Shown: positions 16,415 through 24,666 of the stretch, piece after piece | How the letters are laid out: each line of letters begins with the position of its first letter | Position numbering within the stretch: position 1 is the first letter of the stretch | Assembly: GCA_001795795.1 (NCBI GenBank) | Contig: MGKV01000008.1 | Coordinates: 1 to 58,478, forward strand | Source: Candidatus Yanofskybacteria bacterium RIFCSPLOWO2_02_FULL_45_18 | GTDB lineage: Bacteria; Patescibacteriota; Minisyncoccia; 2-02-FULL-40-12; GWA2-44-9 | Reading direction: 5' to 3' | DNA: 58,478 nucleotides | The notes under the pieces: model-generated | Database searches by the model: none | The model's input: the letters and a program-made list of their open reading frames with translations, nothing else | What the model was told of the DNA's origin: nothing | Translations under genes and position numbers: made by a program

Positions 16415-18491
16415 AAATATCCAAATTTTGGACTGACTTGGCGTGAGATTGAATGAACTTTTTGCGGGGTAGAACCTCCGAGCCCATGAGGGTGTCAAAA
16501 ACTTTGTCGGCTGCTTCGGCATCGGTAACGGTTACCTGCAACAAGACGCGGTTTTGCGGGTCAAGGGTAGTTTCCCAAAGTTGGGACGGATTCATTTCCC
16601 CTAAACCCTTGTAGCGTTGGATATTAACACCCGCTATTTTTTCCGGTTCGGCGGTTTCGGTCTCTTTTTGTTCCGTCAACGGCATGACTTCCCATTCGGA
16701 ATCGGCTTTTAGCTTTGCCTGTCCAGTCGGGGAGCTTTTAGCTTTGAGCTTTTCACTGCCAAATTCCGCCACAATTTTGTCCTTTTCTTTGTCGTTATAA
16801 GCATATACCGCTTTGGCTCCTTTTTGTATTTTATAAAGCGGGGGCTGGGCGATATAAAGATGGCCACTCTCTATGATTTGCGGAAAATAGCGGTAAAAAA
16901 GAGTCAGCAGAAGGGTGCGGATGTGAGCTCCATCAACATCGGCATCAGCCATAAGAATAATTTTGTGGTAGCGGAGCTTGGAAATATCAAACTCCTCGGC
17001 AATAGCGGTGCCCATGGCAATAATAAGGGCGCGAATTTCTTGGTGGGCCAGCATTTTATCAATGCGAGCCTTTTCAACATTCAGTATCTTGCCCTTGAGC
17101 GGAAGGATAGCTTGTGTTCGGCGATTCCGCCCCTGCTTGGAACTTCCTCCGGCGCTGTCGCCTTCTACTATGAACAACTCTGATTCCGAAGCATCGCGGC
17201 TGGAACAGTCGGCAAGCTTGCCGGGCAGGGTCAGGCCTTCCATGGCACCTTTGCGCAGTACCGTCTCGCGGGCGGCTTTGGCGGCGAGGCGGGCCTTGGA
17301 AGCCAAGATAACTTTTTCTAATATCTGGCGGGCATCAGCCGGATTGCGTTCAAGCCAGTCGGAAAACTCGGTGTTAATGACAGTTTCCACTGCGGTGCGT
17401 GCGTCGGGCGTACCCAGCTTGGCTTTGGTCTGGCCTTCAAACTGCGGCTCGCGCAATTTGAGGGAAATAATGACAGTTAGGCCCTCGCGAACGTCGTCGC
17501 CCGAAAGATTATCGTCTTTTTCTTTGATATACCCATTCTTGCGGGCATAATCGTTAAGAGTGCGGGTAATGGCTGAACGGAAGCCGGTCACATGCATACC
17601 GCCCTCAATCGTATGGATGTTGTTGGCAAAACTGAATTCTCTGTTTTGTAGGTCATCCACATATTGCATGGCAGTTTCCACAAAAATATCCTGCTGTTCC
17701 TTGGCGGTATAAAAGATGGTGTTATGTTTTGCTTCAAGGCCGCGGTTCAGGTATTCAATATATGACACAATTCCTCCTTCAAAATAAAAAGCATGGGCCG
17801 GATACTGGGGTTCTTTGCGGTCTTTAACAACAAGCGGAGTTCTCTTATCTTCAATGATAATTTTGACACCTTTGGTCAGATAAGCCTGTTGGCGCAGGTG
17901 ATTGAGTATCTTTTCCCAATCAAAAGAAATTTCTTTGAAAATCTCGGAGTCGGGCTCAAAAGTCACGATTGTGCCGTGAGATGACTGGCCCCTAGGTACT
18001 TTGCCAACTTTTCTAATTGATTTTTTGGGTTTGCCGCGTTCATACTCCTGTTCGTAAATTTCTCCTTCGCGACGAACTTCGGCCTTTAAATATATGGACA
18101 GCGCGTTGACTACTGATACGCCGACGCCGTGCAAACCGCCGGCGACTTTATAGGCCTCGCCGCCGAACTTTCCGCCGGCATGAAGGGTGGTCATAACCGT
18201 TTCCAAAGCCGAGACACCGGTTTGCTTGTGCTTTTCCACCGGAATGCCGCGGCCGTCGTCTTTGACGCTGACGCGGTTGTCGGGCAAAAGTGTGACAGTG
18301 ATATTTTTGGCATAACCGGCCATTGCCTCGTCCAGTGAATTGTCAAAAACCTCCCATATCAAATGATGGAGGCCGTCAACGCCGGTTGAACCGATATACA
18401 TTCCCGGGCGTTTGCGCACCGGTTCAAGACCTTCAAGGACATAGATATCTTTGGCGGTATAAGATTGTTGTTTTTGTTTTTCTTCAGCCAT
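16413..18491 (-). CDS. gyrB: DNA gyrase subunit B
   Basis: 692 aa with GHKL ATPase, TOPRIM (EGDSAGGS) and C-terminal motifs (RYKGLGEM). Confidence 0.97.
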   Translation of the reverse strand: MAEEKQKQQSYTAKDIYVLEGLEPVRKRPGMYIGSTGVDGLHHLIWEVFDNSLDEAMAGYAKNITVTLLPDNRVSVKDDGRGIPVEKHKQTGVSALETVMTTLHAGGKFGGEAYKVAGGLHGVGVSVVNALSIYLKAEVRREGEIYEQEYERGKPKKSIRKVGKVPRGQSSHGTIVTFEPDSEIFKEISFDWEKILNHLRQQAYLTKGVKIIIEDKRTPLVVKDRKEPQYPAHAFYFEGGIVSYIEYLNRGLEAKHNTIFYTAKEQQDIFVETAMQYVDDLQNREFSFANNIHTIEGGMHVTGFRSAITRTLNDYARKNGYIKEKDDNLSGDDVREGLTVIISLKLREPQFEGQTKAKLGTPDARTAVETVINTEFSDWLERNPADARQILEKVILASKARLAAKAARETVLRKGAMEGLTLPGKLADCSSRDASESELFIVEGDSAGGSSKQGRNRRTQAILPLKGKILNVEKARIDKMLAHQEIRALIIAMGTAIAEEFDISKLRYHKIILMADADVDGAHIRTLLLTLFYRYFPQIIESGHLYIAQPPLYKIQKGAKAVYAYNDKEKDKIVAEFGSEKLKAKSSPTGQAKLKADSEWEVMPLTEQKETETAEPEKIAGVNIQRYKGLGEMNPSQLWETTLDPQNRVLLQVTVTDAEAADKVFDTLMGSEVLPRKKFIQSHAKSVQNLDI
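16704..16752. repeat. 7-nt-period tandem array inside gyrB (AGCTTTT/AGCTTTG family)
   Basis: GGCTTTT AGCTTTG CCTGTCC AGTCGGG GAGCTTT TAGCTTT GAGCTTT. Encodes KLKAKSSPTGQAKLKA. The 13-mer GCTTTTAGCTTTG recurs at 24691 and 32702. Confidence 0.75.
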
Positions 18492-18494
18492 GAC

Positions 18495-18662
18495 TTATCT
18501 TGTAAATAATTTTGTCGCCAGAAAACCCAGATAAATTCCAACTACACCCAGCACTCCGGCCAATGCTCCCGGGGCGGGAATGGGGAACTTTAAAAGACCA
18601 AAAACAAGGCCGACAACCAGCCCCGTAAACAGAGCTTTTATGAGCAGTATCATATCTATCAT
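18495..18662 (-). CDS. Small hydrophobic protein (XapX/DUF1427-like), absent from the ORF track because it is under 60 aa
   Basis: My translation: MIDMILLIKALFTGLVVGLVFGLLKFPIPAPGALAGVLGVVGIYLGFLATKLFTR. Its stop is 3 nt before the gyrB ATG. Confidence 0.45.
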   Translation of the reverse strand: MIDMILLIKALFTGLVVGLVFGLLKFPIPAPGALAGVLGVVGIYLGFLATKLFTR

Positions 18663-18703
18663 TATAGCATTTCGGATACCCTAAGGCAAGGTGTTTTGGA
18701 TAA
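18661..18703 (-). promoter_or_regulatory. Predicted promoter of the small-ORF/gyrB unit with DnaA-box-like 9-mer
   Basis: Minus strand reads TTATCCAAA (18703-18695), 5 nt, -35 TTGCCT (18689-18684), 17-nt spacer, -10 TATAAT (18666-18661). Confidence 0.45.
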
Positions 18704-18746
18704 CAAAAACCTGTGTCATCTTTCGATTTGCGAGGTTGAAAATGCA

Positions 18747-18773
18747 ACAAAAAAACCGGAGAAGATTCTCCGG
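18747..18773 (-). terminator. Rho-independent terminator
   Basis: CCGGAGA-AGAT-TCTCCGG hairpin followed by TTTTTTT on the minus strand. Confidence 0.65.
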
Positions 18774-18776
18774 CAA

Positions 18777-19112
18777 TTAACACTTAGATTCACAACACTG
18801 CTGTTTGATGGAAGATTTTTTGGTGAAAGTGCCGACTCCGGCAAGTTCCCGTCTGATATCCGGATGCACTTCTAATTCCCTAATATCAAAGCCGGGGCCC
18901 TGCATTAGTGGCCACATCTGGCCGTCTCTGTTACCTTGACCGGGCATCTTTCTATACCACTCTTCCATTCTTGCCTCGCCGATCAAATAAATTTTCTCGC
19001 CTGTTTCGGGATGCTTTAAGGGTATTGAATCAACGCCGAAATTATCCGGCAGTTTGTATTTTTCAACAAATTCCATTAGGGTCAGATTTCTCCTAGTAAC
19101 TTTTTTACGCAC
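18777..19112 (-). CDS. Hypothetical protein with Cys-rich C-terminus
   Basis: 111 aa. GTG start with GGAGGAA 5 nt upstream. Overlaps the dCMP deaminase stop by 8 nt. No family recognised. Confidence 0.5.
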   Translation of the reverse strand: MRKKVTRRNLTLMEFVEKYKLPDNFGVDSIPLKHPETGEKIYLIGEARMEEWYRKMPGQGNRDGQMWPLMQGPGFDIRELEVHPDIRRELAGVGTFTKKSSIKQQCCESKC

Positions 19113-19626
19113 TGATTCCTCCTAAATATTTTGGCGATAGTTCAATCAAATCCAACCGTACGCCGGCTTCTTTGAACATAGTTTGCGCCACTTGGAACGA
19201 CTTCTGCCATCGCGTGTCTTTGTCTGGCGGACAAGGTGGCGCGACACAACGTTTAATACCGGTTTGAATAATCGGACCGGCGCAGCGATCACAGGGTTGA
19301 AGGGGATAGGAATAGAGGGTGTAGCCCCGCAAATCTCGTTTAGCAAAAATAATCGCATTTAACTCGCTGTGAATTATCATTGAATACTTTGCATTGCGGT
19401 CGTTGTATCTTTCTGGCAAATCGAGCACTCCTTGCGGAAATCCGTTGTAGCCGGTCGAAACAAGGCGATTGTTTCGATCAATAATTATTGTGCCGACTTT
19501 GGTGGACGGGTCCTTGGACCAGTCGGCGACTTTCTGGGCGATTTCCAGAAAGCGCCTGTCCCATTTGAGTTGACGAGCCAATCGGGCTTCGTCTAATTGG
19601 TTAAGAACTATCGTCTCATCCGCCAT
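19105..19626 (-). CDS. dCMP deaminase (ComEB/CDA zinc deaminase family)
   Basis: HSELNAI and PCDRCAGPI zinc motifs. Start set at the ATG preceded by GGAGG. Confidence 0.85.
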   Translation of the reverse strand: MADETIVLNQLDEARLARQLKWDRRFLEIAQKVADWSKDPSTKVGTIIIDRNNRLVSTGYNGFPQGVLDLPERYNDRNAKYSMIIHSELNAIIFAKRDLRGYTLYSYPLQPCDRCAGPIIQTGIKRCVAPPCPPDKDTRWQKSFQVAQTMFKEAGVRLDLIELSPKYLGGISA

Positions 19627-19698
19627 TTTGACCTCCAAAATTTGTGCTGCTAAGAGTTTAGCAATATCTTAAATTAAGTCAACCAAGGTTATTAACAA

Positions 19699-20862
19699 TT
19701 AACGCAATTCCGCACCAAAAAGAGAAGCGGTTTGATCGTAGATTTTTTTCTGAATCGGGTCTATCTCGTCCGTGGTAAGGGTGCGGTCGGTGGAGCGATA
19801 TACGATGCGATAAGTGTAGCTGATCTTGTCTGTGCCGAACTTTTCGGGGTTTTCGTATTTGTCCAGCAACTTTACTTCTTCCACGATGTTACCGCCGATG
19901 TCGCGGATAAGGTCAAAATAGTTGTTGGGCACGAAGTTCTTGGAAACGACAAACGATATGTCGCGGGTGATGGGAGGATATTTGGAAACCTCCACGAATT
20001 TTTGACCAAGTTTTAGTTGTTTTTTAACTCGAGGATTTTCAGACCACAAAAGGCGGATGTCGGGCAGGTCCATACTGATAATTGCCAAACGTTCAAGTCC
20101 GAATCCGAATGCCCAGCCGGTATATTTGGCCGGATCCATATCCAATTTTTCCATTACCACCGGCTGGACTAATCCCCCGCCCAGCACTTCCAACCAGTTG
20201 CTTCCGACTTGAATCTCCATTTCCAAACTTGTGTGCGTATAGGGAAAATCGTCTGGATTGAAGCGGAATTTTGTTTGCGGGCCGTAAATTCCCCGCGCCA
20301 CTTCGCCGAGAGCTTCCTTCAAGTCGTCTTGGGTAATTTCCTTTTGGCTTCGCGGAGCAAAGTAAAGTCCATCCATTTGATGGAAGATGTTCATGTGGTG
20401 ACGGTCTATCTCATCTTTCCGATACACTTTGCCGTGGCAGAATACGCCAAAAGGCATATTCTTTTCCACTCGTTCTTTAATAATTAGGTGACGGAGATAG
20501 TAATACCACATCACGGTAGTGTGGGTGCGTAAAATATATTCGTCGTTTATAAAATAAGTGTCGGTGCGGAAGCGAGCAGGGTGGTCTTTGGGAAAATTAA
20601 ACAAATCAAAACTTAAATCGGCGCGGACGATATCGGGCACATCAATGGCGTCAAAGCCTTTGAAGTAATCAAGGCCGATAATTTTCTGTACCACCTCATA
20701 AATCGGACTGTCGGGTGCGCGCGAGAGATCGGGCATCTCTAAATAGCGTTTGAGGCGCTGCGAGTCGGCGTCGTTTTTTTGCTCCAGCGATTGGCGGAGT
20801 TTTTGTTCTTCCTCGCGGGGAATTATGATATTTTCTCCCTTTTGTTGTGGTAACAGTGACAT
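19699..20862 (-). CDS. pheS: Single-chain phenylalanine--tRNA ligase (alpha catalytic core fused to an FDX-ACB anticodon-binding domain; mitochondrial type)
   Basis: FNFPKDHPARFRTDTYF and AFGFGLERLA class II motifs. The C-terminal ~95 aa (ITRDISFVV...YFDLIRDIGGNIVEEVKLLDKY...YRIVYRSTDRTLT) resembles the FARS2/PheT FDX-ACB domain. Confidence 0.85.
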   Translation of the reverse strand: MSLLPQQKGENIIIPREEEQKLRQSLEQKNDADSQRLKRYLEMPDLSRAPDSPIYEVVQKIIGLDYFKGFDAIDVPDIVRADLSFDLFNFPKDHPARFRTDTYFINDEYILRTHTTVMWYYYLRHLIIKERVEKNMPFGVFCHGKVYRKDEIDRHHMNIFHQMDGLYFAPRSQKEITQDDLKEALGEVARGIYGPQTKFRFNPDDFPYTHTSLEMEIQVGSNWLEVLGGGLVQPVVMEKLDMDPAKYTGWAFGFGLERLAIISMDLPDIRLLWSENPRVKKQLKLGQKFVEVSKYPPITRDISFVVSKNFVPNNYFDLIRDIGGNIVEEVKLLDKYENPEKFGTDKISYTYRIVYRSTDRTLTTDEIDPIQKKIYDQTASLFGAELR

Positions 20863-20863
20863 A

Positions 20864-21844
20864 CTAGTAAGCTAATTCTATTATACGCGAGATTAACTCT
20901 TTATATGAAATTCCTGTTTCTTGCATTAACATCGGATACATTGAAATATCTGTAAACCCGGGCAAGGTATTAATTTCGCTTAGATAAACGATGCCCTTTT
21001 TCAGGAAAAAATCTACGCGAGCAAAACCACTGCAACCGCAAAGGCGGTAAACCTTTTCTGCAATTTGTTTCATTTCAGCGCCCTCCCTGCTGGTTAATTT
21101 GGCTGGGATTATTGTTTTGGTGCGCCCCAATTTATATTTCTCATCATAATCATAAAATTCACCAGCCACAATAATCTCTCCTGGGGGAGAGAGCTCCAAC
21201 TGGTCATTCCCCAAGATGGCGACCTCCAGTTCTCTGTGATTCGTCAACCCTTCCTCGATTATAACTTTTGAGTCGTGTTCCTTTGCGGTTTTAATGGCCT
21301 GATCAAGATTTGCGAAATTGTCCACTTTTGTAATACCAACCGATGAGCCGGAATTAGCAGGCTTTACGAATAACGGCAGAGAAAAAATAGATGCTTGTTT
21401 CATTCTGGCACTTTGTTCTGACTTGTCGTGCAAATTAAAATCTACGTAGGTATATCGAACTTGTTGTATGCCATGTCCAGCTAGAAGATCTTTAAAAATT
21501 GCTTTATCCATACACAAAGCCGAACTTAACACATGACATCCCACATAGGGAATCTTTTCCTTTTCAAGAATGGCCTGCAGTATGCCGTCTTCCCCATATT
21601 TTCCGTGAGTTACGGGAAACGCGACATTAAAATATTTATTGAAATCTTCCGGATAGATTTTCTTGTCAGGGTTTGATTTTTCTATGCTTGATGCCAAGTA
21701 AAAGCATCCATCCTTGCCCCAAAAAATCAGAACCAAATCATATTTCGCGCGATCCATGTTTCGGGCAACATTGACAGCTGAGGATATTGAAACCTCATGC
21801 TCGTTGCTCATTCCGCCAAAAAATAATCCCACCCTTTTCTTCAT
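20864..21844 (-). CDS. ddl: D-alanine--D-alanine ligase
   Basis: 326 aa. GGMSNEHEVSISSA and an ATP-grasp core. Confidence 0.92.
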   Translation of the reverse strand: MKKRVGLFFGGMSNEHEVSISSAVNVARNMDRAKYDLVLIFWGKDGCFYLASSIEKSNPDKKIYPEDFNKYFNVAFPVTHGKYGEDGILQAILEKEKIPYVGCHVLSSALCMDKAIFKDLLAGHGIQQVRYTYVDFNLHDKSEQSARMKQASIFSLPLFVKPANSGSSVGITKVDNFANLDQAIKTAKEHDSKVIIEEGLTNHRELEVAILGNDQLELSPPGEIIVAGEFYDYDEKYKLGRTKTIIPAKLTSREGAEMKQIAEKVYRLCGCSGFARVDFFLKKGIVYLSEINTLPGFTDISMYPMLMQETGISYKELISRIIELAY

Positions 21845-22200
21845 GGAGTGATTTTAGAGAATTTTTTGCTAGTTACCTTTTGGTGTTGCCTATCTATCAA
21901 TTCCGTGGAATTAGGATCTACGCATTCGGTATTTTTGCAGATATCCGGCCGATTTTCATAGTCCGTGCACTTTCCAGTTGCAGAATCGTAATTCTTACAA
22001 TAATAAGTTTCCAGTTTTGTTTGGGAATCTTCGGGTACGAGCAGTTCTTTTCTTTTGGTCCACAACGGTTGCCCTCCTTTATCTTTCGGGAGTTTATCCG
22101 GCGGTAAGAACCGCGGTACTTTAACCGGATTACAGCACCACGAGCAGTTTTTATCTAAGCAAGGGCTCTTGTGTTCGGGATTAAATTTTTCTTGTGCCAT
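21841..22200 (-). CDS. YkgJ-family cysteine-cluster (zinc/iron-chelating) protein
   Basis: CSWCCNP and CKNYDSATGKCTDYENRPDIC cysteine clusters. Confidence 0.65.
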   Translation of the reverse strand: MAQEKFNPEHKSPCLDKNCSWCCNPVKVPRFLPPDKLPKDKGGQPLWTKRKELLVPEDSQTKLETYYCKNYDSATGKCTDYENRPDICKNTECVDPNSTELIDRQHQKVTSKKFSKITP

Positions 22201-22440
22201 TTTGGGTATTAATTTTAGTTGCTTGATAATGCTTGGCGAGTATATAAATTATGCTTACTAAGCTGATGAGAGTCAAAGCTAGTGTGGTGAAAAATAGAAT
22301 TTTTAGGGTTAGGGATGCGGTATAGGGGTCAATACGAAATAAAATAAAGCCGAAGCCGAAGATTGAACAGATGGTTGGGTAATAGCGGCGAGGAGGTAGT
22401 TGCGCATCAGTAAAATATTAGCAATTTGCGCTGTTAAAAT

Positions 22441-22469
22441 CAAAACCCCACTATGCTGGCGGGGTTTTG
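22441..22469 (-). terminator. Rho-independent terminator after tRNA-Asp
   Basis: CAAAACCCC...GGGGTTTTG stem (9 bp) followed by a T-rich tract on the minus strand. Confidence 0.6.
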
Positions 22470-22486
22470 ATTAGACTACGACTTTG

Positions 22487-22560
22487 CGCGGGCGGCCGGA
22501 TTTGAACCGGTGACCTCTTCCGTGACAGGGAAGCGCTCTAACCAGCTGAGCTACGCCCGC
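22487..22560 (-). tRNA. tRNA-Asp (anticodon GTC), no encoded CCA
   Basis: Manual cloverleaf: GCGGGCG TA GCTC AGCTGGTTA GAGC G CTTCC CTGTCAC GGAAG AGGTC ACCGG TTCAAAT CCGGC CGCCCGC G. Confidence 0.88.
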
Positions 22561-22647
22561 AATGTCGTTACAATTGGTAATGCTACTAACTAAAATTATG
22601 AGCAGACTTTACAGATAATACCACGATATTAGACGACTTAAAAGGGT

Positions 22648-22684
22648 GTGTTATTCTGTGTGCGTACGAGCATGGAATAACACA
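22648..22684. repeat. 37-bp hairpin-forming repeat, copy 1 (downstream of the regulator gene, 88 nt upstream of tRNA-Asp)
   Basis: GTGTTATTC-TGTGTGCGTACGAGCATG-GAATAACAC(A). One mismatch to copy 2. Confidence 0.85.
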
Positions 22685-22779
22685 CAATCCATAGACGATA
22701 AAAATGTAAATGTAAACGATAAAAGTGCAGTGATTAGTTTGCTTATTCCAATATTTATCCCAAATCCCAGGTGCTAGAA

Positions 22780-23310
22780 TTAAAGACCAAAGGTATCTTT
22801 TAACTTTGATTCATATTGTCCGACGGAACTAGCTATCAGCATTGAGACATAGTCGCCGATTTCAAGGCGGTTAATTAACTCGGATATCTCATCTTGACAT
22901 GGATATGGGTAAGCGAAAACGCTTTTTTGGAGCATATAAAATCCAAGTTTCTTTAAGTTTCTTTGAAAAGCGACCCGTTTATTGTGGAATTCTTGGGGAA
23001 CATCAAACAAAATTATTCGCCATTTTTTATCCCAAGATCTATAGATGCTTTTTTTGTGCTGGAGAAGAGGTTTTTTAAGCCACGCCCTCCCCTTCGGTGT
23101 GAAGGCGTAACAATTTTTGTTTGCGGTAAGCAGACCACGCTTCTTTAAATTGCTGATACCCAAGTAAAAAGTTCTTGGGTCAATGCCACCCATACGGAGG
23201 TTCTTGCGGGCCATGGATTCATAGACTAGAAGATTGCTAATAGTCCGAGGTGCTTCTTGGACCATCTCCCAAAGTATTTGGAAGAATCTGGTTATGAATT
23301 TGGTTTTCAT
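22780..23310 (-). CDS. PaaX-like/Cas2-fold small regulator (winged-helix N-terminus plus ferredoxin-like C-terminal domain)
   Basis: WDKKWRIILFDVPQEFHNKRVAFQRNLKKLGFYMLQKSVFAYPYPC matches the W..W..v.FDiPe...R...r..L..lGF..lQ.SV. signature of this family. Confidence 0.6.
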   Translation of the reverse strand: MKTKFITRFFQILWEMVQEAPRTISNLLVYESMARKNLRMGGIDPRTFYLGISNLKKRGLLTANKNCYAFTPKGRAWLKKPLLQHKKSIYRSWDKKWRIILFDVPQEFHNKRVAFQRNLKKLGFYMLQKSVFAYPYPCQDEISELINRLEIGDYVSMLIASSVGQYESKLKDTFGL

Positions 23311-23347
23311 GTGTTATTCTGTGTGCGTACGAGCATAGAATAACACA
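23311..23347. repeat. 37-bp hairpin-forming repeat, copy 2 (abuts the regulator ATG)
   Basis: GTGTTATTC-TGTGTGCGTACGAGCATA-GAATAACAC(A), starting 1 nt upstream of the start codon at 23310. Confidence 0.85.
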
Positions 23348-23384
23348 GAAAGATGTTTATTAAAAGGCAAAAAGACAATACTGC

Positions 23385-23450
23385 AATGGGGTGGTGAAAT
23401 GGAACGGTGTAATGGAAATGGTGCAGTGGAATAACGGTGGAGCGAGCGGA
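23385..23450. repeat. 7/14-nt-period tandem array, intergenic (AATGGAA family)
   Basis: AATGGGGTGGTGA AATGGAACGGTGT AATGGAAATGGTGC AGTGGAATAACGGTGG. Confidence 0.6.
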
Positions 23451-23511
23451 GAGGTTTTCAAAAATACCACGCGCCTAGGCGCAGAAATCCTAGCATGTTT
23501 CAGCCCAAAAC

Positions 23512-23541
23512 AAACCCCCCCCGCCATCCGGCGGGGGGTTT
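23512..23541 (-). terminator. Rho-independent terminator after the 355-aa surface protein gene
   Basis: GC-rich stem (CCCCCCGCC-ATCC-GGCGGGGGG) followed by TTTGTTTTG on the minus strand. Confidence 0.65.
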
Positions 23542-23598
23542 GGGGGAATTGCCGTGGGTTTCGTCCTGAAAAGAAAGAGCGGCAATGCCGGCGAGGTG

Positions 23599-24666
23599 TT
23601 ACAATGTGTAATCACATACTGCCTTCGGATAGGCGTTGCAGCCATAAGTGTCGCACGCGGGTCTTGTAAGAACGGCGCAATCGGTATCGGGCAAATTGTC
23701 AGTTCCCTTGAAACATCTTGTCACATTGCTTCTGGTATAGCCGCAAAGGGTGTTGCTAACTGGAGGAACAGTGTCTAATATGTTAACCTTGACCACTTTT
23801 TTCACAACTTTTCCATTAAAGCCGGTGGCTTCAACAGTAAACACCGCTTTACCTTTCTTGGTTGCCTTGAATGTCGCATTTCCATCCGGCAATTTGGTAG
23901 CGTTGGCGAAATTCAATTTCGTTACTGGTCCGCTGGAGCTTATTTTCACTTTCTTTGCGTTTCCTATGGTCCAAGCCACATTTATGATTTGATTTTTTCC
24001 CACTTCGGTTATGTCGCAGATGCCCCCTGAACAGACCGTGAGCTTGGTGAATGTCGGACGCAAGCTTCGCGCCTCCATGGTTACATAGGTGCTGGTGATG
24101 GCATGTTGGGCGAATACTGCTAGGTTTAGATAGCGATAGGGTGTTTTATCGGTATCGTCTATTTCAAGAATACCAGTACTTTTTTTTGTGATGAAATCAG
24201 ATGACTTTTTATAGAAAAAAGGAGGAGATAAACATTTCCCTGATGCTTGATTAGGAATGGCACTTATACACATAGATAAACTAACCGCTCGATCGGCAGG
24301 GTTCAATAATTCGAAAAGACGACGTATCGATTCTATAAAAAGATCCCCGAAGTGAGTACCGCCGAGCCCAGTACCTATCTGATGTCCCCTGTAGTTAAAA
24401 GTATATGTAACCTTACTAATCTGGTAGTCATTTCCACCTATCATTGGAAAAGAGATCTTGCAGAGCTTATTGCTAGTTTGTTCAATGCAGTTATACGGCC
24501 CCAACTTTTGGACTAATGTTTCGGGCGGCGATCCGGCGGCTTTGCTTCTAAGAAATTCCGGAATGAATGGCAGTTTGTTCCGATATGCGTAACCGACTCC
24601 TCCGGCGACTACCGCGGCAATTACTATGATTGGTACGAGATGGACGATACCGCGTTGAGAACGCAT
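23599..24666 (-). CDS. N-terminally anchored surface protein with beta-sandwich-like middle and Cys-rich C-terminus
   Basis: Leader MRSQRG-IVHLVPIIVIAAVVAGG, paralogous to 31571..32686. Ig-like segment (KVKISSSGPVTKLNF...FTVEATGFNGKVV). Confidence 0.6.
   Translation of the reverse strand: MRSQRGIVHLVPIIVIAAVVAGGVGYAYRNKLPFIPEFLRSKAAGSPPETLVQKLGPYNCIEQTSNKLCKISFPMIGGNDYQISKVTYTFNYRGHQIGTGLGGTHFGDLFIESIRRLFELLNPADRAVSLSMCISAIPNQASGKCLSPPFFYKKSSDFITKKSTGILEIDDTDKTPYRYLNLAVFAQHAITSTYVTMEARSLRPTFTKLTVCSGGICDITEVGKNQIINVAWTIGNAKKVKISSSGPVTKLNFANATKLPDGNATFKATKKGKAVFTVEATGFNGKVVKKVVKVNILDTVPPVSNTLCGYTRSNVTRCFKGTDNLPDTDCAVLTRPACDTYGCNAYPKAVCDYTL

Noticed and set aside
18661-18703. Replication origin (oriC) suggested by DnaA-box-like 9-mers near gyrB.
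   Set aside because: The boxes are single and spread over 50 kb rather than clustered. No dnaA or dnaN, and no AT-rich unwinding element, is adjacent. Each box sits next to a promoter, which fits transcriptional use better.
18484-18783. 99-aa ORF upstream of gyrB.
   Set aside because: It spans a predicted promoter and a rho-independent terminator. It is out of frame with a much more plausible 55-aa hydrophobic ORF (18495..18662), and its translation looks non-protein-like.
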